64,000 nt of DNA from Squalus acanthias (GCA_030390025.1 CM059431.1:124436001-124500000); one strand, 5' to 3'; shown: positions 49,885-63,478, numbered from the stretch's first letter. The notes: generated by a model not told the origin, from the letters alone. Numbers and translations are program-made.

Positions 49885-50031
49885 CTGGTTTTGCAGAAAA
49901 AATGGCATCTGCCTCGCTTCACGCCCACTTCCGACACAGAACGCGGCGGCCGCCATACTGGGCAGGTCAGTAGCGCTGCTGTTGCTTGCGCTTGCTGCAA
50001 GTATTTTAATTACCAGGAGTGTGACTTCAAT

Positions 50032-51694
50032 TGTAAGGGGTTTTGTGTCGTGCTTGTATCGCAGGCGGTGCTGGTACGGGGTTAGGCCTTCGCTGCCTAA
50101 TACTATTGCTTGCTCTGGTCTCCGGCCAGCCTTGTTGTAATAAGCACCTGTGAGTGGTTCGACCCACTCGCCCTTACGGTTCTAACACTGGACTTAGGTG
50201 CGAGAGCAGTAATGCAGAGAAAAACTCAAATAGACCCAGTTGAATAGTACGAAATGGAAATCTTTATTGCACAGCGTCCAAGATCATGAAGTACATGTCA
50301 TAGGCGCAAATTAACGAGAGTACAAGTATACATACATTCATAAAGCTTGGTCTATGGTAATGAAGAACGCACGGCACATCGTAAAAAGGGGAACACATTA
50401 TACTTTATCCTTAATAAAACCACCCTCCCTTATCAATACCTACACTACATCTAGATTTGTAGGATCGGGAAACATGCTCACCACTCGTGATACTTCGGAG
50501 AATTTTAAAGTGAGGTGCTCGGCTCGTTTCGCTGCAGCGCCTGACTGTCACGTGTTTTGAGGGGTCTCTGTACCCCACTTGTTTATTTTCGCTGCTGCGA
50601 CAAGCAGGCCAGGCTCCCCGTTGTCATGAAGAACTCGACAGCACTCGGGCCCGGCTGTAGAACTCAAAGAAAAGTCTTCCTGTACCGACACCAGTTGCCG
50701 GTAGAATTCAAAGAAGAGTCTTTGGCCAGTTCGTGCAGTAACCTGTAGAGTTCCAGAAATGGGTCGAATATTTTCGGGCGCGGTCGGGTTTTACTGACCG
50801 CGGCGGCACGTGGATTCTTCTCCTCTTCTTCTCGTCTCGTCTCGTCTCTTTTCTTTGGGCCTTCGGGTCCAGACACCGTTTACCGACCCTCGGGATGGTG
50901 CACCCGGTCACCGGCCTTCGTCGAGGCGGCTCGTTCCGTTTGAGCTCCACCCAACATTCGAATAACCGTCCAGTGCGGCTAAAAGTCCAGAGTCAACAGT
51001 CCAGAGAAACAAGAGCACGAATCAAGCGAATAAGAGTCGAATCAAGAGCATCAGCCGAGATAAGAGAAAAATAAGAGAGCGATGGACATTTGTTGTCTAT
51101 AGTTATAGTGCTGTGTTCCCTTATCTCCCGCCCAAATCTTAATGTTTGTCCTTTGTGAAATATTGGCGCTCAAAACTCCCAGCATGGGGTGATTCTTGTC
51201 TTTAATGGGTTTTGGTACCACCTGAGACTGGCCAACTACCCGTTAATGTTTTCCCCATTGTTGAACCGGCTCGGAGCCTCCCTGGCTGGGTTTTGGGGGC
51301 CCCCGAATACTTGTTTAATCACCCAAGAATGGCTCTCTCATTGTAGAGCCGTGGGGGTATTTGCGTATTGATGTGTCTGGATGGGCCTTCGATTGCCCAG
51401 TACAATGGTCCTTACTTGTGCATGGAAAACGATTCCAGCACTCATATCTTTTGCTATTGTCACAAATGCAAACAGGTTGCATCCTGTCTTTATCAGTGCT
51501 TATCGAAAATGTTTATTCGAACGCCATCTTGTCTGCCCACTGTACTTCTGGAAACTTCTGCCACGATGCGCGGCGGCCATTTTACAGGCTTCTGTGTCCT
51601 GTTTAATCATGACAGCATTTCGTTTAAATAACCTGATCAAACGAATCTGCTTCTATCTCGTTATTTCGAATCGCGATAATTGCGAAACTTAACA
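50032..51694 (-). mobile_element. Solo LTR (1663 bp) of the same family
   Basis: TGTAAGGGG...CTTAACA on +; CAAT TSD (50028-50031 and 51695-51698). Confidence 0.93.
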
Positions 51695-51986
51695 CAATTG
51701 TCGTGCAACACCCAATTGACGCGTGCTCATCGATTTTGGAGCTCTTACCACCCTCTCCAAAGCACGCCCGTGTGTGCAGCCATTGACAGTGTGTAGAGCT
51801 GCGAGAAAGCGGTGGTGAGCTATAAACTGTACAGTAAACAGCTGCTGGGATAACTGATAACTATGGAGAGCTCAGACTATGTAATTGGAGTGAAAACTGC
51901 TTCCAATGAGATGCATCAAATCTCACCCCTAGTCAGTCAAACATTACAGGAGGCAAATACTTTTAAAATAAACTATACCATTCTAC

Positions 51987-52203
51987 AATAAAAACAGAAA
52001 ATGCTGGAAATACTCAGCAGGTCAGGCAGCATCTGTGGATAGAGAAATAGAGTTAACTTTTCAGGTTGATGACCCTTCGTCAGAACTCGACCTGAAACGT
52101 TAACTCTGTTTCTCTCTCCACAGATGCTGCCTGACCTGCTGAGTATTTCCAGCATTTTCTGTTTTTATTTCAGATTTCCAGCATCCGCAGTATTTTGCTT
52201 TTA
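51987..52203. mobile_element. Penelope-type inverted terminal fragment with a hammerhead-like core
   Basis: Long near-perfect inverted repeat 51987-52169; minus strand has CTGACGA-AGGGT...ACCT-GAAA. Confidence 0.7.
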
Positions 52204-53991
52204 TACCATACTACAGTTGTAATAATCTCAGAAAAAATAATCAAAGCTGCATTTCCTTCAATTTTATACATTGAGTTTTCTAGTTTAGGAACTGATAAAA
52301 TAATATGCAAAGTTTTGAAGTCTGTTTTTAAAAGGCTGAACACCATATTCTCAGCAATAGTTCTTCAAAAGTCTGCTGTCATTAAAAATTTAATTGAACT
52401 CTCTTCTGCACCACTTACATCAGTAAACTCCTGAAGAAGAGGTTCAAGTTTCCTTTTTTAAATTTCTTTCAAGTGATTTCTCATGCAACATTTTAACAAT
52501 ATCTATGCCGCAGTCTTTATGTGGTGTTTCCAGTCACAGTCCCTCCAGTTCTGAGCCTGTGCTTTAAGAGCCACTTACCAGGGAGTGAATCTCTATGTGA
52601 TCTGCAGGCTAGAGCACTGTCACTGCTCGCTGCAAGATGGTGCATCCCCATTCCCCTCCCCCTCCCCCTCCAGCACCATGGTGGAGCACAAACCTCCACA
52701 CAGCAACCATCTGAGTGAAACATCTGTGGACCTATGGCAGCCAGCGAAGGTGGGAGTACCAGGCAGTCTGGTACCAATTTGTGGACCCCACATAAGTCCC
52801 AGACAAATGTACAAGAAAATAAGAAGGGAGCTGTGGACAAACAAATGTCTTCTAATGTGCCACAACGGACAAAGCTCCAACCCTACAAGGGCCATCAGTG
52901 GACTCGATACCTCCTGACCCAGCAAAACCCAGCAGCCGTCACCAAATGATCCGAAACAGCACATTGCCAGAGAACGCCGCACAGATCCTTTAGATGCGAC
53001 CTTAGGCCTCCTGCTGAGGTTACCACTGGAAAGAACACATTGCACAAGAGATTCTCTGCCCCGCTCATGTAAATCAGCAGGCAGCATCAAAATACTTGCA
53101 CACTTTTTGCAGGTGGCTGTTAACCTTGGCCTGTGGTGACACTGTCCGTTTCCGGGCCTAATTGATTTTCTAGGCCATTATGTTCTCAGTTATAAAGGAA
53201 AAGCTCAGGAGACTGAAAGAAGCTCATCTCATGTCTTTCACATCCATTATTTTGCCACATTTCCCATCTGTGTGCCTCAGGTGCATCTAAACAACTGCCA
53301 GTACAGTATTCCTTGAACAGCTTGTACATGACCTTTTGGCACACTTGTCACACAACTGTAAACAACAAACAAAATGCATGCAGTTCTGTAAACCTGTACA
53401 TGCAGAGCCACGGAAAATTCTAGTGCCAATCGAAACTAGATGGTAAGCTTGAGAAACTGTTGGACAGAAAATTGTGGGGGCACATGACGGAATTCCTGGT
53501 ATTCCACTGGACAAAATTACTCACTGGGAGCACAAATTCATAAAATTAAATCTTATTGCTAGAGTTATCAAAGGGAAAATTCTACATCTGCTCAAACAAA
53601 TATTCTCTCACATGATCTATTTTTGAAATAAAAGTGCTATTTCCTCATTCGTGGGCTTCCAAAACTCGCAGGGAGACCAGTGTGTGAGATTCCGGCCCAG
53701 AGTGCCAGATTTTCTATCCATTAATTTAAATGGATGCAAAAATGAGGCACCAAAGATCCACAGTTTTCTCCGTTGACCACCGTTCACCACCCGAGTGGGG
53801 ACTATGCCCTAATATTTCAGTTTTTTAAAGCATGTTGCCTATTTTCACACCCTTCGATGGATGAATCTAACCAAAAATCCATATCTGTCCTGATTTTCTG
53901 TTTGGCCAGTCTAGTTGACATTTTCAAGCTTTCACTTTATTTCAGTACAGAGATGGTGGGATTAATATTGACATCTGCAACTCAGAAAACA

Positions 53992-54330
53992 TGGCCGCGA
54001 TTTTGCCAGCCGTGGCGAGTCCGGTGCGGCCGTAGCAGACAGCCACCTCAAAATCAGCACCCGTCTTCATCCCACCTCCTCCAAGTGATTTTGCCCTGAT
54101 TGGGCTTGTTAAGCCTGCCCAGAGGTTCCCTGCCAATTAAAAGGAAGTGGGTCTGATGACGTCATCTGATGCTGCGTCATCAGCCAGTTTCCTTAAAGGG
54201 GCCACATCCACATTCACTTTGACAGTTGTGCTGTCAGTGTTCTGAAGCATTGAGGTGCTGCAAACACTGGCAAGCACTGCACAGAGGTGCACGGCTTCAC
54301 CCAGGCTCTCCCATGACTCCTTCCATATAC
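53992..54330 (+). mobile_element. Harbinger terminal fragment
   Basis: TGGCCGCGATTTTGCC terminus; similar to 56052-56370. Confidence 0.65.
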
Positions 54331-56051
54331 CGCGGAGATATGTTCTGTCATCCCATTGAAGAATTCATCTGAGACTGGAGTTTTCTGCAGGTAAGTGTTG
54401 GCGGGAGAAGAGGCAACTAGACAGCCATTTATCTCCATAATAATATTATAAAAATGTTCATTAAAAAATTTGCAAATATACTTAGGGATGAAATTCTCTT
54501 CTGACTATACAGACAATGCATTAAATGGAAGTTATTGAGCAATTTTTTTCATACACTGTTAGGGAAACACAACTTTACTCTGTAAGATTTCTGAAAGCTC
54601 AGGTATGTTAGCATGTACGAAAACTAATGCACAACTGAGTGGCCAATCTGAAAGAATTTGCAGTAATTCTGCTTAACCAGCTAAGACGCCAATTTTCATG
54701 CAAAAAAACTCACTATGAACCAATCCAGCTATGGTGTGCACAATTTCTGGGCAAAATGAAGGTAAACAACACAAACCCCGATTTGTAAGTAAAGAGCTAC
54801 ATGTCATAGTGGATGCCTTGAGGCCACAGAGAAGTATTCTTTATGTTGTACTGGCAATCCAACAAGAACCAGAGGGTAAAGCAGTCAAGCCAGGTTGTAT
54901 TTCCAATCATAAGTGCAGGCTCATAGAGCTGCAGAAACTGAGGGATATCTGGAAATGGGTGCCGGATCTTAAAGAAAAGTGTGAGGGTGAGCAATGAAGG
55001 TGACTGTGAATAAACATAAGGATTCATTCTTGGATTGTGCATGTCCAGTTTAGAGTGAAACTCACAGGGAGCACTGAGCTAGAAGTTGCAGGCCTTCAGC
55101 TCCTGATTTTCCATCTATTAATTTAAATGGACAGAAAATCAGGAGCTGCCAGCCCACAATACCCAACCAGCGTTCAGGGAATCAGTCCTATAGGCTTCAA
55201 GAAGGCACAGTGTATACACAGATATATCTATCTATATATATATATATATGTATGTGGTATATTCCTTTCAATAGCTTAGCATACTTAACCCAAATTGAAC
55301 TAGTAATCTGTTGCAGTTGCAACACACATGGAAATAATGAACATTATTCAGAAACAGTAGAGCAGGCCAAGAATGAAAGACTTTGACTGATGAAGGTGAG
55401 AAAGATTGAAGATGGACTGTCATTAATCACACATGCAGCTAACAAGTCCAATGCACTCAGCAGCTCTCAAACAATTTGTAGTCAAGTTACTTTGCATTCA
55501 GTTAAGCTATAAACAAGACCACAAAAACTGTGCTGCTGCTTGAGATACACTAGAGTTCAGGTGGGAGGTCAACGACTCCTACAAGATTTTCCATCATTAA
55601 AGGGATTTGTTTTATCTACTCTTGTACCTGTTTATTCAAAGCATATTGTTCTTCTCCTTGCTGAAAAAGGCTGCTTTTAATAGAACGCCCCAAGGATAGC
55701 AGGACACAGTGATTAAAACCTCTCGCCTCGTTTGGGTAAACAGTACTGAAGGACATGAGCCAGGATGTACTGCACCAATGGTTGGTTAAAATAGAAATCT
55801 CACTGACCCAGATACTTAGCAACATGGGGGCATTGCTCCACGATGTTCTAATTGCTGATATGTTTTACTTAGACTCTACTATCCAAGCAGGGTAGCAGCA
55901 GTCTAACCACTGCCTTGTACAAACGTATCATGAGATCTTTATTCTTGTAATTTCTGCCCCTAGTTATAAAACACAAAATGCTATTGACCTTCTTTATTGC
56001 TTCATCTGTCTCCACTCGCACTTTCAAGGAATTATGTATTTCAATCACTAG

Positions 56052-58466
56052 GGCCGCAATTTACCCTAACTCGGCGGGCGACGTTGGAGGCGGGTCTCGG
56101 CCCCGCTGCTGTCTCCATCCCGGCCTCCGAAATAAATTTCCTGAGATTGGGCTTGTTAAGCCCGCCCAGCGCATTTCCCATCCAATTGAAAGAAGCCGGT
56201 CTGATGACATCATTTTGTCATCACCGGTTTCCTTAAAGGGACCATGCCCAAATTTAGTTTGACATTTGTGCTGTCAGTGTTCTACAGCATTGAGGTGCTG
56301 CAAACAGTGACAATCTCTGCACAGAGGTGCAGGGCTGCACCCAGGCTCTCCCAAGAATCCCTCCATATGCTTATGGAGGGAGTCGGAGCAAGCAGGGAGG
56401 CCCTCTTCCCTTCCCATGGGCGGAAGAGACCTCCCCAGGACACCAACACAGCCTAGTTGCACATTGCAGAGGAGGGCACAAGCAGGGATGTCGTCAGGAG
56501 GACCTGGCTGCAGTGGTGCAAACCGTTCAATGATCTCAGTAGATCACGAAACATTACTGCAAAGCCACACTCAACCTCATCCTGCTGTGGCACTCATCAC
56601 ATCCCCATCACTCTGCCTTCCCTACACTACTCCTGCACATCCTTACTCACACCAACTTACCTTGCACCTCCACCCAACCCTCTCTATCTACATTATCACT
56701 TCCCAATCTCACTAGCCACCCCTCACCCTCGTCCTTGTGCAATCATACCAACTAACAACACACATAAGTAGGCACTTAGGGGTTTTAGCCAATGTTCATG
56801 TAAAGTTTCTGTTAATGTGCTGTTAAACATTGAAATCTTCATTTCGAACACTTGGCGTTTTGCACAGATTTGTTTGCACCTTTGGAAGAGGCTTAGTGAG
56901 TTGCAATGAATGGTGAGACATAACGGTACCCCTCGCAATGGTGATGAGTGTGAAAGGAATGGCTTCGGCATTGTAGGGATGCTTTATGGGGTCACCATTG
57001 ACCAGAAAATTAACTGGAGCAGCCACATAAATACTGTAGCAACAAGAGCAGGTCAGAGGCTGGGTATTCTGTGGCGAATGTCTCACTTCCTGACTCCCCA
57101 AAGCCTTTCTACCATCTACAAGACACAAGTCAGGAGTGTGATGGAATACTCTCCACTTGCTTGGATGAGTGGAGGTCCAACAACACTCAAGAAGCTCAAC
57201 ACCATCTAAGATAAAGCAGCCCACTTGATTGGTACCCCATGCACCACCTTAAAAATTCACTCCCTCCATCACTGGCATACCGTGGCTGCAGTGTGTACTA
57301 TCTACAAGATGCACTGCAGCAACTCGCCAAGGCTTCTTCGGCAGCACCTCCCTAACTCGCGACCTCTACCACCTAGAAGGACGAGGGCAGCAGGCGCATG
57401 GGAACACCACCACCTCCAAGTTCCCCTCCAAGTCACACACCATCCTGACTTCGAAGTATATCGCTGATCCTTCATCGTCGCTGGGTCAAAACCCTGGAAC
57501 TCCCTCCCTAACAGCCCTGTGGGAGTACCTTCACCACAAGGACTGCAGTAGTTCAAGAAGGCGGCTCACCACCACCTTCTCAAGGGCAACTAGGGATGGG
57601 CAATAAATGCTGGCCTTACCAGCGATGCCCACATCCCATAAACAAATACATTTTTATGGTGTTGGTGTGGGGTGGTGCCAATCTGGCACATCATGTTGCA
57701 GCCAGGATGTACAGCGTCAAGTGAAATAAATGTGGTCATGGTGAGGCCATCCCTGGCCTCCCGGGCAGCAATGTGGTCGGCTGCTGATGCCCTATGTCCT
57801 TTGCAGCATCAGGTGATTGCGGAGAAGATTGGTGTTGTCATTACTGCTGCTGGTGTGCCTGGTGATGCTGGTGTTGGGGCTGATCGTGGTGGGATTCTGA
57901 GGACCAAACTGAGAGTGTTTCAAGGGCACCAATGCTGATGGAATAGATGGCATTTAAAGTAGGGATGACAAAAGCGATCTGTCAATGGTGGGATAGGTAA
58001 TGAGATCAGACTAGATGGAGGCTTGTGTAAAGACTTGCAGCATCCTGAATCTGTAGTGGAAATGCAGTTTAGAGAAGCTAGTGCTTAAGGGAACATATCT
58101 CAATCAGCTGGGAGCTTTGACTTGGCATTTGAAGCTGTCAACTCATCAGCTGATTCAATGGCCACTGACCTCCTGCCTCAGCTTCACAGACGAGGTCTAG
58201 GCACAGCGGGAAACTGGTGGGCGACCTGTCAAATCCAAAAAGCTGGGGGAAAAACATTGATAATTGGCTGTTAACAAGCCACTAATGATTTTAATTGCCT
58301 CCCCTGCTGCTGCCTATCAGGTCTGCTCAGTGCTGGCAGACCCAACATCAGGAAAGTCCAGTGTGCATGTTTTGACAGCGTGTTCCCGACCCGCTGTCAA
58401 TCATTTTAAATTTAACTGCTGACCCGCCTCCCATCCCATCCGCTGAGTGCCGGCAAATTTCCGGCC
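56052..58466 (+). mobile_element. Internally deleted Harbinger element with a Myb/SANT exon remnant
   Basis: TAG TSD; TIRs GGCCGCAATTT...AAATTTCCGGCC; RAAPRLSQESLHMLMEGV...WLQWCKPFNDL. Confidence 0.8.
56985..57645 (+). mobile_element. CR1/L2-group LINE 3' fragment
   Basis: GVTIDQKINWSSHI...IYKTQVRSVMEYSPLAW; tail GGGCAATAAATGCTGGCC. Confidence 0.8.
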
Positions 58467-58556
58467 TAGGCTTCTCTGCTCGTCCTTTAGCATCTTTCCA
58501 TTGAGTGTATACTTTCATTCATTATCTTTCCACACAAAATTTATCACCCCACACTT

Positions 58557-58703
58557 CGACATGCACTTGTAGTGCTGTAACCTACAAGGCTATGGACCAA
58601 GAGCTGGAAAATGGGATTAGTCTGGATAGCTCTTTTCGGCCGGTACAGACACAATAGGCCGAATGTCCTCCTTCTGTGCCGTACGTTTCTATGATTCTAT
58701 GAT
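58557..58703 (+). mobile_element. CR1 3' end fragment
   Basis: QGYGPRAGKWD* followed by a TTCTATGA tail. Confidence 0.75.
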
Positions 58704-58932
58704 AAAATTGCACCTAACCAAGATTTGTGCTCCACTCCCACTGGATGCTGAATGTATCACACACTTTTTAAAATGTTTTGTCATTACAGTAAAAATGGAG
58801 ACAGAAAAATAGGACAGAATATAGTGCGCAGACGACACTGAACTAACTCACATAGTTCTGTTGTTTAACCCTTGAACCTTACAGATACTAAAATTAATCC
58901 ATCTGCATCTATACCATGAATAGGCTTTTTAA

Positions 58933-59350
58933 AATTCATTCTCAGAATGTGAGCATCACTGGCAAGGCCAGCATTTATTGCCCATCCTTAGTTGCCCTGA
59001 GAAGGTGGTGGTGGGCCATCTTCTGGAACTGCTAACAGTTTGATACAATTGCATGGCTTGCTATGCCACTTCAGAATCAACCACATTAGTGTAGGACTTG
59101 AGTTACATGTAGGCCAGACTGGGTACGGACAGTATGTTTCCTTGCCTAAAGAACATTACTGAACCAGTAGGGTTTGTATGACAATTCGACAGCTTCATGG
59201 TCACTTTTAATGATACCGGTTTTTTAATTGCAGATTTGTTTTCCAATTCGCAAACTGACATGGTGGGATTTGAACTCACATTCATTGGATTATTAGTTTA
59301 GCCTCTGGATTGCCCATCCAGAAAAATAACCAGTAATCTACAATACCCCT
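58933..59350 (-). mobile_element. SINE sharing its 3' tail with the LINE at 56985-57645
   Basis: B-box-like GTTCAAATCCCACC on the minus strand; the tail matches 57565-57640. Confidence 0.7.
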
Positions 59351-59626
59351 GCGTAGGAATGGAATCAAATGGAATAGTGTAAGCTTCCTGCAAAAGGGAT
59401 GTCTGTGGCATTAATGCAAATGTTAATTATTTATTAGAATATTATGGATATACTTCTCAGTGAAATAATACTTGTACACACATCTATCAAAAAGGAAACT
59501 GGAAAATTAAAAATACTGTAGTTGTTGCTGAAATCTCAAATCAGTCAACTTTGGTTAATTTTCTGTATATCTGCACATTACTTTCTTTAGCGCATGTTCT
59601 GTTACTAGCTGCATTAATGCAACATT

Positions 59627-60380
59627 GGGCCTGAATTTGCAGGCGGATGCCTCCGAACCACAATAAAACAACAAACCTACCTGATGGTCCTGGATCCATG
59701 GAGACTCGCACTCCTGGGCCTCTACACGTATGCCTGCATAGAGGTCCATGTATCCCAGGGGTGCATGTAGTTCGCAACTGTCCCTTGGATCATGTGGGCC
59801 GGCCCAACCAATCAGAAAGGGGATTCCCATTATGCTTATGGGGATTCCATTTGCGTACGGAATCCCCATAAGCTTAATAGGAACCACCCAATAAATACAT
59901 TTTAACAACACTGAAATTAAAAAAAATCATTACTTATTTAAAATTAATTAAAATGCAATTTAATTAAACATTTAAAGAAAACATTTATTCTTTTGAAAAA
60001 TAAATTTTAACATTTTTCAAGGGGCCAAAAATAACACAAACTTATTTTACAGGTTTTTAAATGTTACAATGATTTTTTTTAATTTATTTTATTATTAATT
60101 TAAACCCTTATGCTGGTAAAAGAAGGCCTTATGCCTGCTTTTACCAGATGTAAGAGTTCCATGGGCATTCGCTGGGCAGTAGTTGGGCAAATAGCCCAAC
60201 TCCCTGTCAGCAAACGCCCATTTCCCGGGGATGCGGAGGACCTGTCAAGAAGATTCTTGACAGATCACAAGTTCTGGGTTTTCGCGCATGTGCAAAGCAT
60301 GCATAAACCCAGAGCCTGCGAGGCACTTACGGCCATGTACGCACCGCTTATGCGGTCATAGGCTCCGGAAAATCCGGGCC
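59627..60380. mobile_element. Harbinger-type MITE, inverted relative of 8440-9193
   Basis: TIRs GGGCCTGAATTT...AAAATCCGGGCC; shared internal blocks. Confidence 0.65.
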
Positions 60381-61092
60381 AATATAATATTTTCTAAGTA
60401 ACAGGCAAACATTGTTGAAGCATTTACACATCTGGATCCATCTATCTCATCACGAATTGATTATCTTTGCTGTTGTTTACTTTTATTTTAAATACTGCAT
60501 TTTAAATGTCAGAATTCTTTAATCACCTTCTTTACTTCTAACTCTCCCTGCTTTCAAGAGATTCTCTTGGTGATCTTAATAAATCTGTACATCAGCAATT
60601 CATTGGCACAATTCCAGACTTGGCTATTATTCATTTCTGGTACATATAATGGCCTTGAATTCACAGTCGTGGGCGTAGCTAATGAGTACACCGCTGACAT
60701 CTGAATGAAATCACACTTACCTCGTGCGAACCCCCCTTTGAAAAGTTGCTTTCAAATGCTGCAGAATTGTGTGCAGCGTAGGGACCCACGGATCCCAGGG
60801 GCGCACCGTTGTGTATATGTGAACCTGTGAACATATGGGGCGGTGCTCCTTTCACTTCCTGACAATCAGGAAACAGAGGAGATTGCTGAGTTGCCCACAA
60901 CTCATTTTAAATAATTTAGCAGCCAGAAATGCTACTTTATTAATACGATGATTACAATAGTATTTAATACACAAACCAAGATTATAGTACACAAACCTAT
61001 AATTACAGTCTTCTCGTCCTATCAAATTTGTTCCTCCTCTTTTGACTACCTAACTTTTGATTAATTTAAATAATCTAAAATCGAGAGATTAA

Positions 61093-61987
61093 GGGGTAAA
61101 AATTCACTTGGTTGCGCCTCCCGTTAGCGCCTTAAGAGGGCGCTAATGGGGCGCAAAGCCGCTAACGCCCGGGCGCAGCGATGTTTGCGCCGCTCGAGAA
61201 CTTAACTTGAGATTGTGCGGCGGCGCTAAAACTTACCGCTGCGACCACCTGCGCGCGCAGATTGTGATGTCATTCCATGGTGCAACGCCCTTGTGGCGCC
61301 CCGTAGCGGAAATTGAGTGGCGCCCCTTGCCTTACCGCCTGGCGCTTCCAACGACCAGAAGACTGGAACGCTATCAATCGCTGTGGGGCTGGGGGGGGGG
61401 CGCTATTTAAAGGGGGCCTCTTCCTGTCTTTTATTGTTGGTGGCATTTTTGAACTACGCATTCTGAGAGAGAGAGGGAGAGACTTCTGGAGAGATTCAAC
61501 ATTGTGTGAAGGAGTTTTGGGTACTGAGCAGCACTTTGCAGGTTCATTTTCATTTGCCATTCCTTGTATCGATTTAGCAGAGACTGTGGGAGCTGCACTC
61601 TGAGCTCTTTGCCTGGTACTCTCCATTGTTCTTTCCAGCACATTTGATGTGCAAGTCTCTCCAGGCCGAGATTCAAGGCAGCAATGAACAGGATGTGGAT
61701 GGAAAGCAAGATTAACCATCCTCTTTAAGAACTGGCCCGTGCCATTGTGTGTGTGTTCCATTGCTGACTGACATTACATGAGCTTCGCCAGCGCTCCGAG
61801 TTAGCGCCTCACTCCTTGGCCTTTGCGCCTTAAGAGTGGTGTGCAGCGCCTGCTTTAGCACTCCACTCACCTCCCGGGGCGGTAAAAGTGAAGTTTCCTG
61901 TCAGTGCCGATAATTAGCGCCAGGCGCTAATATTTGCGTCCGGACGATATTTGCGCCCCAAATGGGGCGCGACCTAATTTCTACCCC
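61093..61987. mobile_element. Young Harbinger-type MITE (895 bp)
   Basis: TAA TSD; TIRs GGGGTAAAAATT...AATTTCTACCCC; reverse-complement relative of 44070-44961. Confidence 0.9.
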
Positions 61988-63478
61988 TAAATATTTGATA
62001 ACATGAGAAAATCATGAAAGGGAATTAAATCCTATCTAAATATATATAAACCAAAACTACAAAAGGCTTTTGGACAGCAAAGACAGTAACACAAATTTAA
62101 GATCTTATTGATGTCTCAGAGTTCTTGGACAAGACATCAATAGGCAGCAGCCAGTAAGTTTGAGCAATAGATCAAGATTTATTAAGCTTACAGTGTAATA
62201 TACTTAACAATAGGTGATAGTTTTAACGAGTAGCTCGCAGACCTTGGTCTCTGGAACCTCTCGGACACAGATGACGTCGTCTTAAGTCTGTTCCTTTGTT
62301 CTCGCAGTAAGTCTGTGTAAAATTGTTCTTTGAGTATCGAGGTTTTAACCCTTTTCTTAACAAAAGTTCATTTGGCCAGTGTCCATATATGGTCTTTAAC
62401 AAAATCACCTCCTTTAATTGGTTCTAATGGTCAAAATACCATTGTCACTCAGACTAAGGTTAGCATCTTGGCCACTCCTTTTTCAGTACTTTTCCACAAC
62501 CCTATCCTGCTGTCTTGTTATCTTGTTTATAGTTCTTCACCTCATTGGAATTTACCATATCGCTTTCATTTCTAGCCTCCCCTGGTACAAGTGGTATAAG
62601 GCCTTTCTCTACCAAGGGGCCCATCTCAGCGCTGTCTCCCTAGGCTTGATGGTGTCCAGGCTATCTCACTTTAATCTACCAGATGGATACCTTAACTCCA
62701 TGATCTCTCTCATTTTATTTCCTTATACTAATTATCTTTTAAATATCTTTGCAATTAGTTTTGTTAAGCGAACTCTAATTTCTACTTAGCGTTAGGATAT
62801 GTCATTTAACAATTTAACCTTCACTCGCAGCCTGTGGCTGTTTGTTATCAAAGCTTAGTCAAAACTGCTTTTGACTGTCCTTGCAGCTGCATTCTGAAAA
62901 AGTCTTAGCATTTTAGTTACCCAGGAGTAATTATGGGTAATATTAGTTGGTCAATGGCTATACTTGAATTTATACATATATGGTTCTTGTCTACTAAATA
63001 TCTCTAAATATCAGTCTTTCGTACACAAAGGTCCTATTTTCAAACTCAAACAAATGAAAGTTTCTTTCAAAGTTTGTATCCACTCAGACACAAACCAATG
63101 CCTCATTGTTATGGGCTGTAGCATAAAATAATACTATTTTCTCATCCCACCTCTCCTTATGCTGTGCAACAGGCTCCTGTGCCTGTTTGCACCAGACATT
63201 AAAATTTTCAGGGTAAGTAATGCGCAGTTGGTGGGCAATTAGCCCAACTTTTCGCCAGCACTTTGATTTGAATGGGTAGGTGAAACGTGCAGCGAAGCTG
63301 TTGCGCAGTAGGAACTTGACAGATCGCAAGCACAAGCAGAAATCCCGAACTTGCGGTCAATTTCAAAGGTGGTATGACGGCGTACTCTGAGCATACGCCG
63401 TCATACCGACCGCGAATTCAACGCCAATAAGTACTTCTTTGTGTTTTGTATTCTCTTGATGGTAAATAAAAACACTAT

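Larger units (their letters stand above)
48194..53177. mobile_element. Probable non-autonomous Harbinger-like element hosting the solo LTRs
   Basis: Termini GGGCCTAGAAATTC...GATTTTCTAGGCCA; TSD not clean. Confidence 0.45.

Noticed and set aside
48237..51694. Single element with long terminal inverted repeats (DIRS/foldback)
   Set aside because: Each arm has its own 4-bp TSD, so these are two separate insertions
62100..63025. Possible solo LTR of another family (minus-strand AATAAA, 11-bp hairpin, ends ...TACACA)
   Set aside because: No matching TG start or TSD could be identified
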